NCBI GenBank assembly: GCA_963663405.2
Contig: CAXXSM010000162.1
Coordinates: 1-44,329 of the forward strand
DNA length: 44,329 bases
Direction: 5' to 3'
Source of the DNA: a bacterium
GTDB taxonomy: Bacteria > Hinthialibacterota > Hinthialibacteria > Hinthialibacterales > Hinthialibacteraceae
The translations under genes and the position numbers were made by a program. Within the stretch, counting starts at the first letter, position 1; each line of letters starts with the position of its first letter. The notes beneath the pieces were generated by a model, which saw only the letters and a program-made list of their open reading frames with translations, was not told the origin of the DNA and made no database searches. Shown piece after piece: positions 20,572 to 28,925 of this stretch.

Positions 20572-21933
20572 ATGGCCGGCACAAAAAAAGCGGAACCGAC
20601 ACTCAATGATATTGTAGCGTTATGTAAACGCAGAGGATTCATCTTCCCCTCCAGTGAGATTTACGGCGGATTCGCCGCATCGTGGGACTACGGTCCCTTG
20701 GGCGTGGAACTGAAACAGAACGTCAAGAACCTATGGTGGCAGGACGTAGTGACCGAACATGAAAACGTCGTCGGCATGGACGGCGCCATCACCACTCATC
20801 CCCGTGTTTGGGAGGCGTCAGGACATGTGGAAGGTTTTCACGATCCCATGGTAGACTGTAAAACCTGCGGACACCGATTTCGGGCGGACAAACTCGACGA
20901 AGAACGCTGCCCAAATAAACCCAGCAAATCCCCGAAAGAATGTGGTGGTGAATTGACGGAAGTCCGCAACTTCAATCTCATGTTCAAACTGCATTGGGGC
21001 CCGGTCGAAGACTCGGCGAACATCACCTACCTGCGTCCGGAAACCTGCCAAACCATCTTTCCCAATTTTAAAAATATTATAACCACAACACGGCAGCGTG
21101 TTCCATTTGGCATCGCGCAAATTGGGAAATCGTTCCGCAACGAGATCACAACGAAATCGTTCATTTTCCGTCAACGGGAATTCGAACAGATGGAACTGGA
21201 ATTTTTCGTCCATCCAGATGAATCGGATAAATGGTTTCAATTCTGGCTGGAACGACGGAAAAATTGGTACACCGCGCTGGGTGTAAAAGAAGAAAATCTG
21301 CGCCTGCGGCAACACGATGCGGACGAGTTGGCTCATTACGCCAAAGATTGTTATGACGTGGAATACAAGTTCCCAATGGGATGGAGCGAACTGGAAGGCA
21401 TCGCCAACCGCACCGATTATGACCTGAAACGCCACATGGAATTTTCCAAAAAAGACCTCTCATACCGCGATGATGGAACCGGCGAGAAATACGTCCCTTG
21501 GGTCATAGAATCCTCGGCGGGTGTGGATCGAACCATCCTCGTTCTACTCAGCGACGCGTACGACATCGATGAAGCCCCGAACGACAAAGGCGAAATGGAA
21601 GAACGCCTTGTGCTGCGCTTTTCCCCCAAAGTCGCGCCCAACACGATCGCGATCTTCCCTCTATTCAAAAAACCGGGGTTGCAGGAACTCGCCCGGAAAA
21701 TCGAAGCGGACCTGCGCGGCCCATACCGGGTAATGTACGATGAAACCGGAAACATCGGCAAACGCTACCGCCGTCAGGACGAAATCGGTACACCGCTTTG
21801 CATTACAATCGATTACGACAGCCTGGAAGACAACGCCGTAACTATCCGCAACCGTGATTCAATGAATCAAGTCCGTGTCAGCGTCGATCAAATCCACCAG
21901 GCGGTCGCCGATCAACTCAAAGAGATGCAGTGA
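20572..21933 (+). CDS. glyQS: Glycine--tRNA ligase, homodimeric (alpha2) type, copy 1
   Basis: [66 protein letters not shown]. Confidence 0.97.
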   Translation: MAGTKKAEPTLNDIVALCKRRGFIFPSSEIYGGFAASWDYGPLGVELKQNVKNLWWQDVVTEHENVVGMDGAITTHPRVWEASGHVEGFHDPMVDCKTCGHRFRADKLDEERCPNKPSKSPKECGGELTEVRNFNLMFKLHWGPVEDSANITYLRPETCQTIFPNFKNIITTTRQRVPFGIAQIGKSFRNEITTKSFIFRQREFEQMELEFFVHPDESDKWFQFWLERRKNWYTALGVKEENLRLRQHDADELAHYAKDCYDVEYKFPMGWSELEGIANRTDYDLKRHMEFSKKDLSYRDDGTGEKYVPWVIESSAGVDRTILVLLSDAYDIDEAPNDKGEMEERLVLRFSPKVAPNTIAIFPLFKKPGLQELARKIEADLRGPYRVMYDETGNIGKRYRRQDEIGTPLCITIDYDSLEDNAVTIRNRDSMNQVRVSVDQIHQAVADQLKEMQ

Positions 21934-21937
21934 ACTA

Positions 21938-21968
21938 GGCTGAAGGTTTTAGACTGAAGACTGAAGGT
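21938..21968. repeat. Short 7-nt-period tandem repeat downstream of glyQS copy 1
   Basis: GCTGAAG GTTTTAG ACTGAAG ACTGAAG. Confidence 0.45.
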
Positions 21969-22141
21969 GATTTAATAACTTTTTCCATTATTGAATCCCG
22001 TTGCTGTGATTGACGCTTTCCTTTTTCCACTCTTCTTCCCTCTCGAATTGATCCCTGACCCTTGAGCCATTGCGTTGTTACTCGCACAATCCATATTCGT
22101 AGTCCTTATTCATAGACAGAATCAATAGGAGGCTTGAACCC

Positions 22142-24421
22142 ATGAAGCGTCTTTGTTCAGCGTTTATCCTTCTAGCCGCTCTAGTGACATGTGTGTGTGA
22201 GGCGGAAGAAATAACGAAATCAAATAAACAACGCCGTGATTTGGAGGAAATGCTTACGTTATTTCCAAAAAGTGAGCCTTGGGAACAATGGCTGGAAGAA
22301 ACCGGTGAATTGCCGCCGGATTTCGACGCGCTTCCAAGCCGCCCGTTTCTTCCAGACTGTCTCCAGTTTGAGAACGGTGAAGCCGTTCGATCCGCGTCGG
22401 ATTGGCCGAAACGCCGGGCGGAATTGATGAAACTGCTCCACTACTATGTGATTGGCTCCGTTCCACCGGCGCCGGATAACATGTTGGATCTCTCGTTTAA
22501 AAACACCAGAGCGGAGAAACTCACCTGCCACAAGATTGAAATCGCTTTCGGCCCACAGCGGAAAGCAAGACTCCATTTAGAATTGATTATGCCCAATGGA
22601 GAAGGCCCGTTCCCGGTTTTTATCACGCAGGACAACCACCGCCGCTGGGCGTTGATCGCCGCAAGCCGGGGGTATATCGGCTGCGTCTATGCAGGGGCGG
22701 ATTCCAACGACGACACCGGTGATTTCATACCCATCTGGCCAGATTATGATTGGACCAAACTGGCCCGGCGCGCTTGGGCGGCCAGCCGTTGCATCGATTA
22801 TCTCTATACCTATCCAGAGGTCGATCGCTCCAAAATCGCCATCACGGGTCATTCCCGCAATGGAAAACTCTCTCTGATCGCCGGCGCTATTGACGAACGG
22901 ATCACCGCCGTCATTTCAAGCAGTTCCGGCGCAGGGGGCGCTTGCTCGTATCGCTTATTTTCCGAAACCCAGTTTGGTGAGGGGATTGAGCTCATCACGC
23001 GCGATTTCCCGGATTGGCTGCATCCACGCCTCCGATTTTTTGCGGGAAGGGAGAATAAACTGCCCATTGACCAGCATCAAATGATCGCTTGTATCGCGCC
23101 ACGCCCTTGCTTGATTAGTACCGCTTTGAACGATCAAGACGAAAATCCCTGGTCTATTGAACAAACATATTATGCGGCTAAAAAAGTCTATTCATTCCTA
23201 GGCGCGGCGAATAACCTGCAACTTCTCTACCGTCCCGGCGGCCATTCCACCCGTGCGGAGGATATCGAGCGCTATCTCGATTGGCTTGACGTTCAATTTG
23301 GACGCGGGACATTCGATATTGGGGATGAACCGATTTATCCCACATACGACGATTGGCTGGAAGCAAGCGGAGAGACCATCGATCCAAAAGGCTTTCCAGC
23401 CCGTGTGTATAATGATTTATTACTCTATAAAAAAAACAAACCAATCGCTTCCATTGATGAATGGCGTGACAAACGCCAATGGCTGATCCGCCGCGTACAA
23501 TGGGGATTGGGTGAGGCGCCTCCTCTCGCCCAAGACGATGGAGGAACCTATGGTTCCGAACCGGAATATGCGTCAGTCATGCTTTGGCGGTTCAAAAAGC
23601 AACGCGGTATTGAAAAACGGAAACTCAACTTTGGAAACTATGTTTCAGGTAATCTATTTTTCCCAGAGGGAGCCGATCAGGATGATAAAAAAATCCCTGG
23701 TATAATCTGGCTCCATCCTCTTTCTTGTCCATCAGGCTATCACGCAGGTTATTTCCGCGGCCAACAATTCCACCACACTTTGGCGAAGGAAGGTTTCGCT
23801 GTCTTCACGTTCGATCAGATTGGGCACGGATTGCGCGTGGAAGAAGCGTCTTCATTCTACCAACGCTATCCGCAATGGTCTTTGCTGGGGAAAACCGTGG
23901 AAGATATCAAAGCGGCCAGGCAGGTTTTCGAGCAATTTGAGTTTGTCGACATGAAGCGGATTTACCTGGTGGGATACGACACCGGCACCGTCGCCGCGCT
24001 GCACGCCGCCGCCTTGGATCATCATTTCGCGGGCGTTGTGTCCATCGCGGGATTCACCCCAATGCGCCGTAATACAGCCGACAAAGGAACTGGAGGAATC
24101 GCTCGATTGTCAAAATGGTTCCCCTTCCAACCTCGTCTCGCCGCTTTCATTGGATACGAAAACCGAATCCCCTACGACTATCATGATGTGTTGGCGTTAA
24201 TCGCGACGCGCCCTGTATTGGTAGTCGCCCCAAAAATTGACTATTTGAGTTCGTTAGAGGATATCGAATATTGTGTAGAACAAGCGAAGAAGGTATACGA
24301 AAGATTTGAGGCGGCAAACAACCTGCAACTCTATATCGCGGATGATTATAACCATCTCTCTCCTACAATGCAAAAAGAGATCATTCAACGATTCAAACAA
24401 ATGATTGAAACGCAACCTTAG
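22142..24421 (+). CDS. Secreted tandem alpha/beta hydrolase: CE15 glucuronoyl-esterase-like domain plus a second degenerate hydrolase domain
   Basis: AGGAGG RBS, signal peptide, AWAASRCIDYL, GHSRNGK, SSGAGG, LPIDQH...IAPRP. Second domain has DQIGHG and GYDTG. Confidence 0.85.
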   Translation: MKRLCSAFILLAALVTCVCEAEEITKSNKQRRDLEEMLTLFPKSEPWEQWLEETGELPPDFDALPSRPFLPDCLQFENGEAVRSASDWPKRRAELMKLLHYYVIGSVPPAPDNMLDLSFKNTRAEKLTCHKIEIAFGPQRKARLHLELIMPNGEGPFPVFITQDNHRRWALIAASRGYIGCVYAGADSNDDTGDFIPIWPDYDWTKLARRAWAASRCIDYLYTYPEVDRSKIAITGHSRNGKLSLIAGAIDERITAVISSSSGAGGACSYRLFSETQFGEGIELITRDFPDWLHPRLRFFAGRENKLPIDQHQMIACIAPRPCLISTALNDQDENPWSIEQTYYAAKKVYSFLGAANNLQLLYRPGGHSTRAEDIERYLDWLDVQFGRGTFDIGDEPIYPTYDDWLEASGETIDPKGFPARVYNDLLLYKKNKPIASIDEWRDKRQWLIRRVQWGLGEAPPLAQDDGGTYGSEPEYASVMLWRFKKQRGIEKRKLNFGNYVSGNLFFPEGADQDDKKIPGIIWLHPLSCPSGYHAGYFRGQQFHHTLAKEGFAVFTFDQIGHGLRVEEASSFYQRYPQWSLLGKTVEDIKAARQVFEQFEFVDMKRIYLVGYDTGTVAALHAAALDHHFAGVVSIAGFTPMRRNTADKGTGGIARLSKWFPFQPRLAAFIGYENRIPYDYHDVLALIATRPVLVVAPKIDYLSSLEDIEYCVEQAKKVYERFEAANNLQLYIADDYNHLSPTMQKEIIQRFKQMIETQP

Positions 24422-24536
24422 TATTATTAATTTCGTAGACAAGTTCCCGCTCCATTCCCATTACTATTAACCACCATTTGAATTAATATATAAATATATC
24501 TACAAGTGAAATTTTTATATCCATAGGAGTCTCTTA

Positions 24537-25133
24537 ATGACACGTTTTACCAAGAGTTTTACGTTAATTGAGCTGTTAATTGTTGTGGCTATTATTGGGA
24601 TTCTCGCTGCGATCGCTGTACCGAATTTCATGAACGCTCAAATTCGAGCGAAAGTAGCGCGAGTGGAATCCGATCAGCGGGCATATGCGACGGCGATGGA
24701 AATGTATCAGCTCGATCATGGAGGAAAATATCCTCTTGGAGATATGATCTGGTGGCTTACGTCTCCCATGTCCTACATCGCCAGTTTAAATCCAGACCCA
24801 TTCGCGCCCGCCGAGGAAGGCCGATTTAACTTTATTCACGCTTATGATCCATTTTATTTCATCACAACCCAACCGGATCCGGGTGAAATCAATTGGAGTC
24901 TCGTCGCTGATTTTAATATTTGGACCGGCTATCCAAACCACTGGACCGGTGGATCCGACGACGAAACAATGGCGGGTGTCGTCCGTTATCAGATCCGCAG
25001 CATCGGTCCGAATCGCTACAATGAATATGGCATGCGCTGGGACGCCACCAACGGTCTGCACAGCAACGGGGATATCAACCGGTTTGGCCCCGGTATGCTC
25101 GATCGCCCCTATGGTGGACACCCAGGCGCTTAA
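24537..25133 (+). CDS. Prepilin-type N-terminal cleavage/methylation domain protein (pseudopilin G-like)
   Basis: KS/FTLIELLIVVAIIGILAAIAVPNF, AQIRAKVAR, LTSPMSYI..DPF, SIGPN, WDATNGLHSNGDI. AGGAG RBS. Confidence 0.9.
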   Translation: MTRFTKSFTLIELLIVVAIIGILAAIAVPNFMNAQIRAKVARVESDQRAYATAMEMYQLDHGGKYPLGDMIWWLTSPMSYIASLNPDPFAPAEEGRFNFIHAYDPFYFITTQPDPGEINWSLVADFNIWTGYPNHWTGGSDDETMAGVVRYQIRSIGPNRYNEYGMRWDATNGLHSNGDINRFGPGMLDRPYGGHPGA

Positions 25134-25195
25134 TTATAACTTGAATTCTATCCCCCACTGGTCATTTTTTAGTGTGTTTGTTATAATCCGTAATC

Positions 25196-25220
25196 AAAAC
25201 CCCGGCTCGTTCGGGGTTTT
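25196..25220 (+). terminator. Intrinsic terminator after the pilin-like gene
   Basis: AAAACCCCG-N7-CGGGGTTTT hairpin. Confidence 0.65.
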
Positions 25221-25334
25221 CTTATATATGAAAATGAGTCTCCAAAACTATCTCACTCGCAAATTCTATCGCGACTCATTTTCATTTGCAGTTGTGATCT
25301 CGATCATGATTATTTAAAACTACGAGGTTTAGCC

Positions 25335-26810
25335 ATGTCCGAAACTAAGTTAAGCACACGGGACGAACGAATCCAACAGATTCGTCAACTTCGCGAAGAG
25401 GGCGTTAATCCCTTCCCTGAACGCTTCGAACGAACCCATACGATCAAAGACGCGCAATCAATGCCGGAAGGTGATGAGACCATCCGGACGGCGGGCCGCG
25501 TGATTGCGATCCGAAAAATGGGCAAACTCAGTTTTGCCCACATCCAAGACGCTTTCGCGAAAATCCAAGTCAGCTTCACTCAGAATGATCTGGGAAAAGA
25601 GGGTTACACTTTCTTTAAAAAGATGGTCAATATCGGGGATTTCATCGGAGTGGAGGGAACTCTTTTTTTAACAAAGACTAAAGAAAAAACGATCAATTCC
25701 CACTCTGTGCAAATTCTATCAAAAGCCCTGCGCACCCTTCCCGAAAAATGGCATGGCTTAACGGACCAGGAAAGCTGCTATCGCCAGCGGTATCTCGATT
25801 TGATTGTAAACGAAGATTCCCGCAAACGCTTCCAGATCCGTCGAAACGTGATCCGCGAAATGCGGCGTTTCCTCGAAGATAACCAATTCATCGAAGTCGA
25901 GACCCCTATACTGCAGACGCAGCCATCGGGGGCGCTGGCGCGTCCTTTTATCACGCGTCACAATACCCTGGATATCGATCTCTATCTTCGCATCGCGCCG
26001 GAAACCTATCTCAAACGGTTGATCGTTGGCGGGTACGACCGCGTATTCGAGTTTGCGCAGTGTTTCCGTAATGAAGGCATCTCCACCGCCCATCTGCAGG
26101 AATTTCTTATGCTGGAATACTATGCGGCGTATTGGAACTACATCGATAATATGAATTTCACGGAGCGATTCTTCAAAACGCTGCTCACAAATGTTCTCGG
26201 TAAATCAACTTTTGAATACCAAGACAAAACGATCGATTTTTCAGGCGAATGGCCAAGGAAATCCCTGCAAGAACTCATCTTGGAAGAGACCGGCATCGAT
26301 ATCGGCGTGGCAAACACCAAAGAAGCCCTCATGGCGAGTATAAACGAGAAGGGAATTGTTTTGGATGACGTCAATCTCCAAACATTGGGATGGGGCGCTC
26401 TGATCGACGCGTTGTATAAGAAAACCTGCCGCCCCAAAATTGTTTCACCTTTCTTTTTAACCTCACATCCAAAAGAACTTTCTCCTCTGGCGCGAGCGAA
26501 TGACGAGAATCCAGAGATCACAGACCGCTTTCAGTTGGTGGTCGCAGGAATGGAAATTTGCAACGCGTATTCCGAATTGGTTGATCCAATCGAACAACGA
26601 AACCGCTTGGAAGCGCAGCAGCAATTACGAGACGCAGGCGATGATGAAGCCATGCTGACGGATGAGGATTACGTGCGGTGCATGGAATATGGAATGCCGC
26701 CCATTTCCGGCTGGGGATGCGGGATCGACCGCTTCACCGCGTTGATTACAGACGAAGAAAATATCAAAAATACAGTCTTCTTCCCGCTAATGCGGCCAGC
26801 CACTGAGTGA
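25335..26810 (+). CDS. lysS: Lysine--tRNA ligase (class II)
   Basis: LPEKWHGL, YRQRYLDL, EVETP, YLRIAPETYLKRL, FRNEG, NAYSELVDP, EYGMPP..G.GIDR, FFPLMRP. Confidence 0.98.
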   Translation: MSETKLSTRDERIQQIRQLREEGVNPFPERFERTHTIKDAQSMPEGDETIRTAGRVIAIRKMGKLSFAHIQDAFAKIQVSFTQNDLGKEGYTFFKKMVNIGDFIGVEGTLFLTKTKEKTINSHSVQILSKALRTLPEKWHGLTDQESCYRQRYLDLIVNEDSRKRFQIRRNVIREMRRFLEDNQFIEVETPILQTQPSGALARPFITRHNTLDIDLYLRIAPETYLKRLIVGGYDRVFEFAQCFRNEGISTAHLQEFLMLEYYAAYWNYIDNMNFTERFFKTLLTNVLGKSTFEYQDKTIDFSGEWPRKSLQELILEETGIDIGVANTKEALMASINEKGIVLDDVNLQTLGWGALIDALYKKTCRPKIVSPFFLTSHPKELSPLARANDENPEITDRFQLVVAGMEICNAYSELVDPIEQRNRLEAQQQLRDAGDDEAMLTDEDYVRCMEYGMPPISGWGCGIDRFTALITDEENIKNTVFFPLMRPATE

Positions 26811-26908
26811 TTCCTACTCCTGACCGTACTCTACACAACTCTTTTATCTTCAAAGATTGGATATCGATCTTGCGCTGTTCATGATTCTAACGATAATAAG
26901 AATCATTC

Positions 26909-27914
26909 ATGAAACTCATTCAATCTATCTATACCCAAATCAATCTACGTTCCGCCATAAAAAGTCCACTATTTTGGTTATTTGTTTGTGGAGGGCTTCT
27001 GCGCATCTATTATTGTTTTCAGTTACCGGTTTACACAACCGATCTTCTCAGGAATCTTGGATATGGAAAAGCGTTTTACACATGGGGCTATAGGATCTAT
27101 GATTTAGTCCCTTTCGATTTTTCTCCTGCGCCAAGTCAGTTTCTTTGGCCGAATCGAAAATATCCATATCCAGCCGTTACCATTTTATTTTACGCCGCGG
27201 TCGCAGGAGTTTGGAGTTCGGTTTTTTTTGGGAAACTGGCGTTAACTTTGGTTGACACGGTCAGCGCGAGATACATTTATAAACTGACAAACAGCCGCTT
27301 GATTTCTTTATTGTACTGGATCAATCCAATGAGCCTTTGGTATTCTTCCAGAGAAGGGCAGTTTGAAGGATTGATTGTCTTATGGATTGTTCTCGCCATG
27401 TGGGCGCTTCGAAACAAGAAAGCCTATGCGTACGCGTTATTAGGCCTTGCCATTCAGACAAAACTGTTCCCCGTTTTTTTAGGCCCCTATTTTTTATCCA
27501 AAATGTCTTGGCGAAATCCTAAAAAGCTGGCATGGGAATGGGGATTCGGAATCATAAGTTTCACGCCCAGCCTGATTGCGGTGGTTACAAGTGGATACTT
27601 GACTCAATTTATTGGGACTGGATACCTTCCCAATTACAATCCACTATCATGGAATTTAGGCGATCCATCGTTGTACCAATCCTATCCGTTTTGGCTGATC
27701 CTCGCGCATTGGATCGCTGGTTTTGTCTTTGTGCTAGGATGTGCGTATGGAGCGATCCGGACAAAAGAGTATCTTGGATTCTTCGCCCCATTCGTATTCG
27801 TGTGGTTTGTAAAAATGAATATTATTGGTCAATTTTGGTACCTAATGCAGACCCCCGCCTATTGTTTGACTGTATCAAATAATAGATATCGAATTTTATT
27901 GTTCTGTCTATCCC
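26909..27914 (+). CDS. GT-C fold membrane glycosyltransferase (GT87-like), 3'-truncated at the junction
   Basis: Multi-TM protein with TDLLR, YPYP, LYWINPM, EGQFE, QTKLFP. After LLFCLS the ORF runs into antisense sequence of another gene. Confidence 0.75.
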
Positions 27915-28457
27915 CACTGTCTGCCATGCACCGTCAACAAAACGCATCACCGTGGCCCTGTTGGAATTGTCGTAATCTCGGAAGACCACATAGGGAACAT
28001 TGCTACTGTCCAACGCGATACTTGGAGTAGATGCCTGTCCAGTGGAGAAGCCAGCTATCCCAACGGTCTGCCAAGTGCTACTTACATCATCAAAACGCAT
28101 CACTGTGGCCTTATCGGAATTACTTTTATCCTGATAAACCACATAGGGCCTATCGCTACTATCCAGGACAATGTGGGTATCCAGTGCCGCACCATCGGAA
28201 AAGCACCCAGTGCCCACGGTTTGCCAGGCACTACCATTGAAACGCATCACCCTGGCTTTACTAGAATTTGTGGCATCACCGTAGACCACATAAGGCAGAC
28301 CACTACTGTCCAAGGCAATATCCGGATAAGATGCCCCTCCCGCCGAAAATCCAGGCTCACCGACATAGACCCAATCCTCCTGAGCCCAACCCACGGAACA
28401 GCACCACCCCAGCACAAACGACACACAAATACATGCTTGAAAACCACATCGCTTCAT
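27908..28457 (-). CDS. Secreted protein with ~49-aa beta-propeller-like repeats, 3'-truncated at the junction
   Basis: GGAG RBS and signal peptide. Three repeats WxxVGxxGFSxGxA...IALDSSxxPYVVxxD...KAxVMRF; the fourth stops after WQTVGI. Confidence 0.8.
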
Positions 28458-28702
28458 GATTCTTCTCCTCTTATCAGCCTACCTTCGATCCTGTATGATT
28501 GAATAAATGAGCAAATAAGCCCATATTGTTTCGATACGCAAAGAATGAGGGGCTCCATGCATGGAACTAAATATTTTTGTGATCTGGGGTATCTGTAACA
28601 AAAACAAGCAATCTAACTCGTCAGGCGCAAAGCATGGCGTGCGAAGTTGAAAAAGAGTATCCAACCGACAATCGCTTGTTCAGAACGAGCGACACAAAGC
28701 CT

Positions 28703-28718
28703 AGCAAAACACTCGCCA
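28703..28718 (-). promoter_or_regulatory. Possible sigma-54 (-24/-12) promoter
   Basis: Minus strand reads TGGCGAG-TGTT-TTGCT (TGGC-N7-TTGC), about 245 nt upstream of the start at 28457. Confidence 0.35.
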
Positions 28719-28843
28719 TTACAACTCTTTCCTGTCTACAATCATCGCAATCTGTTATTTATTCTAGGATAAACCGTTTATTTGTCAATGATGAGCTCAA
28801 AGATCACTCTCACCTTCATAGCCGATTCACCGACATTCCCAAT

Positions 28844-28883
28844 AAAAAAACAGCCGAGCATCCACTGGATGACTCGGCTGTTT
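28844..28883 (-). terminator. Intrinsic terminator of the 28926-31217 gene
   Basis: Minus strand AAACAGCCGAGTCATCC-AGT-GGATGCTCGGCTG followed by T7. Confidence 0.85.
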
Positions 28884-28925
28884 GTGTTCATTTCCGAAGA
28901 AAACTCAAAGCTCTTCTTCTTGCCT

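Noticed and set aside
27915-28030. C-terminal extension of the GT-C ORF
   Set aside because: It is read-through into the antisense strand of the repeat-protein gene beyond the junction.
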